Shown one piece after another: positions 22,609 to 34,400 of a DNA stretch of 64,000 nucleotides. The stretch comes from Octopus bimaculoides. Lineage: Eukaryota. Both the position numbers and the translations under genes were made by a program. Within the stretch, counting starts at the first letter, position 1. Every line of letters starts with the position of its first letter. The notes under the pieces are model-generated. The model saw only the letters and a program-made list of their open reading frames with translations. It was not told the origin of the DNA and made no database searches. The DNA is taken from the NCBI RefSeq assembly GCF_001194135.2, contig NC_068992.1, forward strand, positions 59,482,408 through 59,546,407, read 5' to 3'.

Positions 22609-23373
22609 TTGTGTGCCTGTGTTTGTCCCCCCCACCCCAACATCTCTTGACAACCGATTCTAGTGTGTTCACGTCCCCGTAACTTAGCGGTTCGGCAAAA
22701 GAGACCGATAGAATAAGTACTAGGCACCCAAAGAATAAGTCCTGGGGTCGATTTGCTCGACAAAAGGCGGTGCTCCAGCATGGCCACAGTCAAATGACTG
22801 AAACAAGTAAAAGAGANNNNNNNNNNNNNNNNNNNNNNNNNNNNNNNNNNNNNNNNNNNNNNNNNNNNNNNNNNNNNNNNNNNNNNNNNNNNNNNNNNNN
22901 NNNNNNNNNNNNNNNNNNNNNNNNNNNNNNNNNNNNNNNNNNNNNNNNNNNNNNNNNNNNNNNNNNNNNNNNNNNNNNNNNNNNNNNNNNNNNNNNNNNN
23001 NNNNNNNNNNNNNNNNNNNNNNNNNNNNNNNNNNNNNNNNNNNNNNNNNNNNNNNNNNNNNNNNNNNNNNNNNNNNNNNNNNNNNNNNNNNNNNNNNNNN
23101 NNNNNNNNNNNNNNNNNNNNNNNNNNNNNNNNNNNNNNNNNNNNNNNNNNNNNNNNNNNNNNNNNNNATATATGTAGAGAGTTTTTGAAGTGATGTACAG
23201 ATATTGTATATTGAGAATAATATTGTCTCAGTGCATTGTGCACGCTTGCACTATGCAATTTGAGGCCTATTTAGTTTCTATTATGAGAATGTGAAATGAC
23301 CATAGTACAGACAGAGCATAGAGGGAGATAACTCTAAGTGTTCTTCCTGTTTGTTGTGAAAGTGGTGCTAACA

Positions 23374-23493
23374 ATGGAAGAAGTGGAAGACCCGTGTCTC
23401 TCTGACCAAGATTTCACAAAACAACTTGAGAAATGTGTTTGTATTTTGAAAAAAGCTGGCACCGACAACGAAAAGCTGGCTGCACTAATGATG
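23374..23493 (+). CDS. NCDN: NCDN exon 1
   Basis: acaATG GAA...ATG ATG|gtttgt; MEEVEDPCLSDQDFTKQLEKCVCILKKAGTDNEKLAALMM. Confidence 0.85.
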
Positions 23494-25395
23494 GTTTGTA
23501 GGGACATCTTTTATGTACATTATATATCGAGCTTCGCTCTTTTTTTTCTTTCTTTTTGTCATACTGCTTTCATCTTTCCTAATTATGATTAAATTTATTG
23601 AATTGAAGTAAATAAAAATATTCAGGTAAATTTTACAATCTTAGAAGTATACCTGTGTGAAGTCTGTCGCGTATACTAGATAGTATAAGTATTTGTTGCA
23701 TTGTAATCCATTCATTTGGTGTAAATTCCCTTGTTTACATTGTGTCGGCGCACATGTAGTCGAGTCGAATGAAACCTTACAGTAAAAACTAAATGATTGT
23801 ATATAAAAAAGATTATTTGTTACTAATTTTGTATCATAATTTGTTGTCTCGGATCATCTGCGGTTTCTAAGTTTGCCAAACAACTTTGTAATTCCGAGTT
23901 CGATGCCACTTCGCGATACCTTTACGAGTGAAATTTCGTAGATGATTCCTGCCGTTTGTTACAGAATACTTGAGTAAATCTATGATTATTTCATATGATG
24001 ACATTATTATTACAATACTATTTTCGTAGTTATTTTATTAGTGATTCTAGGAACCTAAAAAATAAGTGTCGCAGTATTTTTTCACCAGTTAAAATATGTT
24101 TTAGCGGACAAAACATCGTCATAGTAATCATTCAAGTTTTCATGTTCCCACGCTCAAGATCTCAATATGCTTATNNNNNNNNNNNNNNNNNNNNNNNNNN
24201 NNNNNNNNNNNNNNNNNNNNNNNNNNNNNNNNNNNNNNNNNNNNNNNNNNNNNNNNNNNNNNNNNNNNNNNNNNNNNNNNNNNNNNNNNNNNNNNNNNNN
24301 NNNNNNNNNNNNNNNNNNNNNNNNNNNNNNNNNNNNNNNNNNNNNNNNNNNNNNNNNNNNNNNNNNNNNNNNNNNNNNNNNNNNNNNNNNNNNNNNNNNN
24401 NNNNNNNNNNNNNNNNNNNNNNNNNNNNNNNNNNNNNNNNNNNNNNNNNNNNNNNNNNNNNNNNNNNNNNNNNNNNNNNNNNNNNNNNNNNNNNNNNNNN
24501 NNNNNNNNNNNNNNNNNNNNNNNNNNNNNNNNNNNNNNNNNNNNNNNNNNNNNNNNNNNNNNNNNNNNNNNNNNNNNNNNNNNNNNNNNNNNNNNNNNNN
24601 NNNNNNNNNNNNNNNNNNNNNNNNNNNNNNNNNNNNNNNNNNNNNNNNNNNNNNNNNNNNNNNNNNNNNNNNNNNNNNNNNNNNNNNNNNNNNNNNNNNN
24701 NNNNNNNNNNNNNNNNNNNNNNNNNNNNNNNNNNNNNNNNNNNNNNNNNNNNNNNNNNNNNNNNNNNNNNNNNNNNNNNNNNNNNNNNNNNNNNNNNNNN
24801 NNNNNNNNNNNNNNNNNNNNNNNNNNNNNNNNNNNNNNNNNNNNNNNNNNNNNNNNNNNNNNNNNNNNNNNNNNNNNNNNNNNNNNNNNNNNNNNNNNNN
24901 NNNNNNNNNNNNNNNNNNNNNNNNNNNNNNNNNNNNNNNNNNNNNNNNNNNNNNNNNNNNNNNNNNNNNNNNNTGAAGAAAATAATATATAAAAAAAAAT
25001 AATATATAAAAAAATAACTATACCAATACATTATATTGTCTTTGAGCTTTTGCAGTTCAATGGTAGTTCATGTATATAATGGTTGGAAAAATAAGGATGC
25101 ATGAGAGCTGAGAGTTGTGTTAGGTTTAAAAAAAGGGTTAAAAGTTTGTGTTAAGCAGGAAGTGTGGTGTCAAAACAGGAAGTGTGTGTAAGGGGAGACA
25201 AATGTTTCAGTCATTAGACTGTGGCTATGCTGGAGCACTGCTTTGAAGAAATCTTAGTCAAATGAATTGATCCCAGTACTTAATTTTTTGCTAAGCTTGG
25301 TACTTATCCCGTCTCTTTTTTAAACCACTAAGTTACAGGAATATAAACAAACCAACACCAGTTATCGAGCAGCAGTGGGGGACAAACCTGGCACG

Positions 25396-25430
<35 letters not shown>

Positions 25431-28400
25431 CTATATAGATATATACAATGAGCTTCTTTCAGTTTCCATCTATCAAATCCACTCACAAGGCTCATTCTGA
25501 GGCTATAATGAAAGACACTTGCCCAAGGTACCATGCAGTAGGACTGAACCTGGAACCACATGGTTGGGAAGCAAGCTTCTTACCATACAGCCATGCCTGC
25601 GCCTTTATATATAAAACCAGTGCAAAAGGGGAGGGACTGAAGTGAGTGGACACGAGTAGAGGCGGGGGTGTTAGGAGGCTGTGTTGTGGGGGAAGGGATT
25701 TGACGGATACATTGTGTGCAGGTAGGTTAGTGAAGATGTGAAGTGAGAGTGGTAGGTAGAGGGGGATGAGAAATAGAGGGAGTGGTGAACATGGGTGGAG
25801 GTGTTTGGGTTATGATGGTATGTGGCACAGCTGGTTGTGTCATGATCTGAACCAGTCTTTATTTGAAGTTCCTGTTTTTCTTGGTATGGTTAAAGGACCA
25901 TGTCTTCCTGTACATTTTGGCAAGATTTCTTCAGCTGGATTCCCTTTCTAACACCAAACAATTACAGGGTGTACTGGATGCATTTAATGTGGCAGCGGTG
26001 CTAGAGAAGCTGCCTTGTTGCCTGTCAGACCAAAGAGTTCTCTTTGGATTATATCTTCTCAGTTCTATATTCTTTTGTTTTATATTTTAGGTAACCAAAC
26101 TGATCAAGGCTGACAAATGTAATTTGCAGGCGCAAAAAATACTCTTTGATGCAATTGGATTCAAGTTTCTTGTTCGGCTGCTGCGTACAGGTAAGACAAC
26201 ACACAAACATCTCTGTTAATTGTTAATTATTAAATGGCTTGTAGTTAAGAAGTTCTCTTCCCATCCAAGTGAGTTTGTGTTCAGTCTCATTGCAAGGCAC
26301 CTTGAGCAAGTGTCTTCTACTAAAGCTCCAGGCTGACTAAAGCCTTGTGAGTGGACCTGGTAGATGGAAACTAAAAGAAGCCTATTGTATATGTGTGTGT
26401 GTAGGTAGGTATTTCCTGTCTTCTGTCTGGCGATGGAGAAGCATTACTTTGCTCGGAAACATTTGAGGGTTAGTGACAGGAAGGGCATCCAGCCATAGAA
26501 AATCTGCTTCAATAAATTCTCTGCAATCTGTGCAAGCATAGAAAAAATTGGACATTAAATGATGATGATGATATACATGTTTGCATGAACTTATATTTAC
26601 CACTTGTCTGCACATCCATTTCACTCACTTGTAAATGGTATTATTTGCTTGCAGCTCACTATGGAAGCATGTTTAGGTTTCTTGACATGTGAAAACTTTG
26701 TAAAGAAAAGGTTTGCTTTGAACACGTTTGTTTCCAGTTCTTCATATAAGCATAACTGGGCTCTTTGTTCTTTGATAGATTAGGAAATTATTACCTCACT
26801 TGGTAATAAGTGGTGGATGGGAACAAAAAGGGCAACTGGCGATAGAAAACTCTCCCCAACATTTGTCTAACCCATGCAAACATAGAAAAATAGTAGTTAA
26901 AACCATGATGATGCATGTGTAAATGTCTGTTAAGCCTGATGTAGGGCCAGTGGTTATCTCGATTTTCATAGTGTGACACATCACTGTTGTTTAGCATCTG
27001 TTTTCCATTCTGGCATGGGTTGGACGGTTTGACAGGAGCTAGCAAGCCAGAAGACTTCACCAAGATACTGCCCTAGATACTTTATATGAAGGTTTCATTA
27101 GATTCCTACAACTCCATGGGTTACATAGATCTCTATTTGGCTGTGTGGTAAGAAGTTTGCTTCCCAAACACATGGTTCTGGGTTCAGTCTCACTGTGTCA
27201 TAACACTTTGGACAAGTGCTTTCTACTATAGCCCTAGGTCAATCAAAACTTTGTGTGTGAATCTGATAGACGGAAACCGAAAGAAGCTTGCCTCTGTGTG
27301 TGTTTGATGAGTGAGTGTCTGTTTGTATCTCCTTGTCCTGACATTGCATGATAGTTGTAAAATGATTGTCACTGTCATACAAGCTGTTTCGTTCATTTCC
27401 AATATTCTGCAGGCCTTGTGCTAAAATGTGAACATGTCTGGCCATGGGAAAACATTGCTTTGTTTCGAAACAGTCGAGGGTTGGCAACAGGAAAGGCATC
27501 TAGCCAAAGAAAATCTGTCTCAATAAACTCTGTCTGATCCATACAAGCATGAAAAAGTGGATGTTAAAACAATGATTATTTTATAATTTCATTCTAGGTT
27601 TACTCTCATCTCTGACGTTTATATTTTCAGCTAAAGTACCTGAAGGATGCAATAACTACATCTATAAGTCTTTGTCTCTCACCATTCTCTCCAGTTTCTC
27701 TGGATTACAAGAAGTGGTAAGTCTCTGTTAGTGTTACTATATTATGTGGGGGGTTTTTTGTCCTCTTCCCCCTAAGTTGTACTGTATGTATATCTATGTA
27801 TTGTTGATATTTTGTCCTAATATTTAGGACATGAAGAATGGTATAGCTCTTATTTTAAAGTGCAAACTTCATGACTATAATTGTAAATTTTATTCACCAT
27901 TCAGTGAAAACCCCTTTTATATCTTAAAGATTCTCAATGCTAAATTTGTAGATGATAATGGTAATAATAATAATAATGATAATAATAATAATGGTTTCAA
28001 ATTTTGGCACAAGGCCAGCAGTTCCAGGGAAAGGAGTAAGTTTAATTGCATCAACCCCTGTGCTCAACTGGAACTTATTTTATCAACCCTGAAAGGATGA
28101 AAGACAAAGTTGACCTAAGCAGAATTTGAACTCAGAATGTAAAGATGGAGAAAATGCTTGGCATGCTAACTTGTTGCCTTTAATCCTTTCTACTATAGGC
28201 ACAAGGCTCGATATTTTGTGCGAGGGGGGATAGTCGAGTGCATCAACCCCCAGTGCTTAACTGGTACATATTTCATTGACCTTGATAGGGCAAAAGGTAA
28301 ATTTAGCCTTGGCGGGATTTGAACTAAAAAATGCTTAGTAGTGTTTTGTCCGACATGCTACTGATTCTCCCAGTTCACCACTTAATAATAATAATAATAA

Positions 28401-31400
28401 TTTCTGACATAGGCACAAAGGTCAGAAGTTTGTGGGGAATTGCAACCCCTGAAAGGTGAAGCCGAACTCTTACAATTCTGAACCCTTGTATCTATCTATG
28501 TAAGATAAGAACTAATACAGGAATTACGTGAATGTCTTTTGTTGCCCTATTTCTGTCTTTTAATTCCAGAAGGAAGATCCTCGGATGTTGACCTCTGTCC
28601 CACTCATTTTAGATGTCCTCGTCTCTTGTCTCAAGTAAGTGATATATTTTATTTTACTCACACACCCATTCATCCTCCCCACTGGCTCACTCAACTTCTC
28701 CAGTACCCAGTACACTTACTGAGAACCCCCCCCCCCACTTCCCTTTCACATTTACATCTCTCTCTTTCTACCTCAGGCAATCAAGTTTCCCCTCTAATGC
28801 AAGACTCTGCTTTCTGTCCCTCAGTACTACAACCCCCACCTCAGTCGAGGAGGGCCTTGTCTTGCAAGTTACTTGGTGGCCTCACTGATGCTGGTGCCAC
28901 TTAAAGAAAAAACACCCTATAGACTCTGTTGGCATTAGGAAGAGCATCTAGCCATAGAAACCATGCCAAAGCAGACTTCAGGGTTTGGTGCACCCCTCTG
29001 GTTTGCCAGCTCTTGTCAAATTGTCCAGCCCATGTCAGCAAGCATAGAAAACCGATGTTAAATTATGATGATGATAAGCAGTCCTCCCTCCAACAACCCT
29101 ACTTTGTCACCACCATTACCACCACCACCACTAGTAACTTACTATATTTCTGTTTACCACCACTACCACCATGTCTTTCCCACCACCATGAACCACACAT
29201 CTGTTTATCACCATCTATGGTATATTTATATGAGTGTGTGTGTATGTGTATACACACACATACATACACCAGATTTCTATACATGCTATCCTGTCAAATA
29301 CTTTCTCCATGTCAATGAAGGCCATAGTGTTATATATCTATTTCTGTATATATTCCATTGTAATTGTAATGGTAGAAAAGTTTTGTGTTATAAATTTCTT
29401 TCACACAGTATCGAACAAACACAGGATGACAACGAACTGACAGAAGGAGAGTTCAAATCCATGATTGACAGTTGCTACGACTGTTTAACAGCTGTTTGTA
29501 TGACAGACAAAGGAAGGACGGTTTTAATCGACTCCAGATCTGTGTCTCAGTTGTGCACCTGCTACATACATGCAACATACGGTACAGTAGTGAGAGTTTC
29601 AACTTTTATATACAAGGTGGTATCAAAAAGTTCCCAGACTAGTTCTGCAGCGTGCCAACAGATGGCAGCACATGGTTGTGTGTGCAGTGGGAGCTAGCAG
29701 CGATCCATGTGAGGCAGTGTGATGTGAGACATTGCTGTGTTAACTTCACAAGATGTGAAATTTGTGTTTTTGTGATCACATGTATGCTGCAGTCTGTGAT
29801 TTTGTTATAGGTAGGAAGTTGGAACAAAGAGCCAACGTGAAATTTTGTGTTAGACTTGGGAAGTCTGCTACAGAGACATTGAGCATGCTTCGGCAAACTT
29901 ACAGCAACAAGGCAATAGGTTGCATGCAATGTTTTGAGTGGCTTGGAGGCTTCAAAGGCAGAAGAACATCTCTGGAAAATGATGAATGGTCTAGAAGATC
30001 TGCCATGAGCATCGTCCCTGGAAATGTGGAGAAAATTCACCAGCTTGTGTTTGAGAATCGTCAGAGGACAATCAGTGATGTTACTGATGTTGTTGGTCTG
30101 TTGTATGGGTCTGTGCGGGCAATCCTAATGTCTGGATTCTTCACAACGACAATGCACCCTGTTACCGGGCTCTCTTCACTCATAAGTTTCTTGCCAAAAC
30201 CAACATAGTACCACTTCTGCACTTGACCCATTCACCAGATTTAACACCTGCAGACTTCCAACTCTTCCCCAAGATGAAAATGCAGCTCAAAGCTCACCAT
30301 CTTAACACTGTTGTTGAGATCAAGTGCAAATTACAGAACGTCCTCGACTCACTTACAAAAGATGTCTTCCTGGATTCTAAAAGTGGCAGAAATGCTGGGA
30401 CCAGTGTATTGTTGCTCAAGGTGACTATTTTGAAGGAGTTGATGTTAAAACTTAGCTAAAATAAGTTATTTTTTTAATAAAGATAACTAGTCCGGGAACT
30501 CTTTGATACCACCTCATAGATCTGTGGATATGTGTTTCTGTTTATGTGCCTTTGTACCTGTGTATGTGTTTATCTGTGTGTGCCTCTATATCTGTGTATG
30601 TGTCTCTGAGTGTATGTGTATTTGTCTCTATCTCTCTGTGGTATGAGTCTATGTCTGTATGTGTATATGTGTTCTCTCCGTATGTGCTTCTATATTTGTG
30701 TGTGTATATACCTGTATATCTGTGTGTATCTTTTATCATTTTATCCTTTTCTTGTTTCAGTCATTTAACTTTTTCATCATCACCTCCTCCCCTCTTAAAA
30801 GTTTTTGTCTTGCATGTACTTGGTAACCCTGTCAGGACAGGTGCCACTTAAAAGCATCCAGTCCACACTCTTGGAGTGGTTGGTGTTTGGAAGGGCATCC
30901 AGCTGTAAAGACCTTGCCAAAACTGACCTTGCCTGTGCTTGTGCCACATAAAAGCACTAAGTCTGCTCTCTTGATGTTAGGAAGGACATCTAGCTGTAAA
31001 AATCCTGCCATAACAATCACAGAAGTCTGGTGCAGGCTTTGGCCTGGCTGGCTCTTATGGTACCGTCCCACCCATGCATGGAACATGGATGTTAAATGAT
31101 GATGATGATATATGACATACAGACACAAACATGTACACAAAGACAGACACACATACACATAACAGCACATACATACAAATAGAGAGGCATACACATAGAT
31201 GCATACACATAGATGCATACACATACATGTGAGCGGGCTGTTTAGCTTAATTGTAGAGTACTCAGCTGGTATGTGAGGGCTACAGGTTCAACTTCCGTAG
31301 CTGCCTGCTGGCAACATTTTATTGGCTTAGCTGTAGCTGTGTGGGAAGAAGCTTGCTTCTCAACAACGTGGTTTTGAGTTTAATCCCATTACATGGCATC

Positions 31401-34400
31401 TTGAGGAAGTGTCCTCTACTATAACCTCGAGCTGAGCAAAGCCTTATGAGTGGATTTGGTAGATGGAAACTGAAAGAAGCCCATCATATATATGTGTGTG
31501 TTTGTGTATGTGTGTTTGTCCCCCCCCCCCATTGGCATTTGCCAAAAGAGACCAAAAGAATAAGTACTAGGCTTAAAAATTAAAACCCCTCAAGGCAGTG
31601 CCCCAGCATGACCACAGTCAAATAGCTGAAACAAATAAAAGAATAAAAGAATCAGTGATTATGGTTAATAGCTCTAATAGGTTTGTTCTTAAAAATTTAT
31701 TTCAAAACATTTTTTATTGCTTTCCTTGTACAGGTAACCACCGAGCTTTGGTTATAATCCAGCAGATTATCTCAACAAATGGTGCTGAAGTTTGGACAAA
31801 GAATATGAAAGGTCTCCAAGAGTTACTGGGTTATTTAGGAGAGAATTTCTCCCGCTCAAAAGTAAGTCAATGCAAATATATGTAAGTATGTGTGCGTGTA
31901 CCTTTGTCTTGATATCATGTGATGGTTGTAAACGAGCATCACCATCATACAAGTGATGTTATTTCCAGTCTTCCACAAAGAATAAGCTTGGCTATGGTGA
32001 AATATTATTTTGCTTAGAAACAGATGAGGGCAGGTGACAGCAAGGGCATCCAGCCATAAAAGAAAAATCTGCCTCAATAAACTCCGTCCGGTTCATATAA
32101 GCACGGAGAAGTGTTTGTTAAATGGTATAATGGTCTTGTTTCAGTTTCCATCTACCGAATCTACTCACGACACTTTTATCAGCCTGGGACTATAGTAGAA
32201 GACACTTGAACAAAGTGCCATGGAGCAGGACTTAGCCTGATGCCATGTGATTGAGAATATCTGATATTCACCATTTCTTCTCTGCCTTAAGCTTTGAGTG
32301 ATCAAATTAATCTGTCAAATGTAATACTTTTTTTATTCAGATTGTTTTGGATTAATTATGCATTATATCTCATAGCTTCAGAACTTTGATGTGGTGTATT
32401 TTTAGAACAACAATGAAATGAAATTATTATTATTATTATTTTTTTTTTTTTTTTGCAGGAAGTTGACAAATTCCAGTTTTGTGATATTCTTGCCAGTGTA
32501 TTCACCAGTGTCTCAAAGGTTTGTATTACGGATTGTGGTTTTCCTTCTCAATATTTCTAAAACCATTACTACACAGGGAGATTGAACTGGGGATCTTATG
32601 ATTACAAAGCAAACTTCTTAATCATTCAACCATGTTGTGTCCCATATTCAAGGATGGCATCATCACTTTTTTTTTATCATTTAATGTCTGAGTTGGATGG
32701 AATCTGTTGAGACGAAGCAGGATGCCCTTCCTGTCACCAATCCTCACCTGTTTCTAAGACAGGCAGTATTTCCTCATGACCAGACATGTTTTCATGGATG
32801 ACGGGAAACAAGGGACACTATTTGTATGGCGCTGCTGCTTGTTTATAGCTATCACACAATGTCAAGACAAGGAGATGTAGGTTCTAGTCCCATTGGCAGC
32901 CTTTGATTTTTGTTTCTCTCTAAAACTGATTTTTAACTCAATATTTACACGCTATCATTTATAGCTTTATTTGCTTCAAGATCCACCGTCCCCCAAAAAA
33001 GATCTATTTCATGTTCTCTTGAAGTTTATTAATTTCTTATGACATCAACATACAATTTTCATTGGTAAGAATAAAATTTCTAGAATAGAAAAAATTGAAA
33101 AATTGCTTTGGTCTAATGGTAGAACATCTGTCATGTCTACAGTGGGAGGTGGGTTCAAATCCTATAGGCTGCCTACAACTTTTTTATCCAAACGAGTTTT
33201 TTAACCTAATTCTTCTAATAATTACATGCTGTTGTTTATAACTTTATCTGCTTTGAGATTCACCATTCCAAAAAAAGAATATATTGTTATTGTTGTTTAG
33301 GACCAAATTCCAGCAGGTAACTTCAGTTGGCAGAAAAATATTCCCCAAGGATTTATGGATTTGATTAAGTCACGTCTAGGTTTGTAAACCATTTTCTCTA
33401 CTTTTAATCTTTTAACGCTAAAAGTATTTTTTACCATAAATGTGACGTTCCTTATTATACAACCACAACATTGATTTTACAGAAGATTTGTTTCCAAGAC
33501 TTTCCAAACAAGTGGTGGTCATTTTGGTCAACACACACTAAATTAAACAAATATTAAATTTACATAAATAATCAAATGAAATACAGGTACGTTAATATAA
33601 ATCAGTGGTTACCAAAATTTTTCGGGCTGCCACCTGCCTTGACACCCAGGCCACTTTCCTAGTGACCCCACCCCAATTAACCATCACAAACTTAGATCTC
33701 TTTCTGCAGCCAATTCAAAGCAACTGTATTTCACAAATAAAACCTAACCTAATGAACCCATTATTTTGTTGTTTTTACATAAATCACTATTCCCTTATCA
33801 CCCCAGTTTTTACATAAATCACTACCTTATTATCACCCCATTTGTTTTCAACATCCCCTTGGAACTTTCCACTGCCCCCAGGAGGGCAATACCGCCCACT
33901 TTAGGAACCACTAATATAAATGATACAAGTTTATTGATGCTGTATTGTACAAGGTACTGTTAAACAGAGCTGTTCAGTCAATTAGTCTGGTGGCCATGGG
34001 AGTTTGAAGTTCCTGTTTGTAAATTGGTGCAGATTATTAAGAGGTTCCAAACCATCAATGTTTGGAAAGTTGATGTTGTACTAGGATTTGTATCTCTCTA
34101 TCATTTCTGTCATAGTTTTTACATCCATTTTTGCCTATGCTAGCTTGAATCAGACGTGTCTTCTGATAATGTTCTATGATCAGATACATTTCCTTACACC
34201 AAAATTTACTCAGTGGTCCAATCATTTATTAGCTTCTGGATGTGTGGTTAAGAAGCTTGTTTTTTCCCAAATATGTGGTTTTCGGTTCAGTTTGATTGCA
34301 CTGCAATTTGGGTAAGGGTCTTGCTACTATAGCTCTGGGCCGACCAAAACCTTGCGAGTGGATCTGGTCGACAAACACGAAAAGAAGTCCATCACACACA

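Noticed and set aside
26085-26096. AG|GTAACC at the starts of NCDN exons 2 and 6 as possible recursive splice sites
   Set aside because: Explained by conserved codons (V-T and G-N), lacks the +5 G, and the introns are short.
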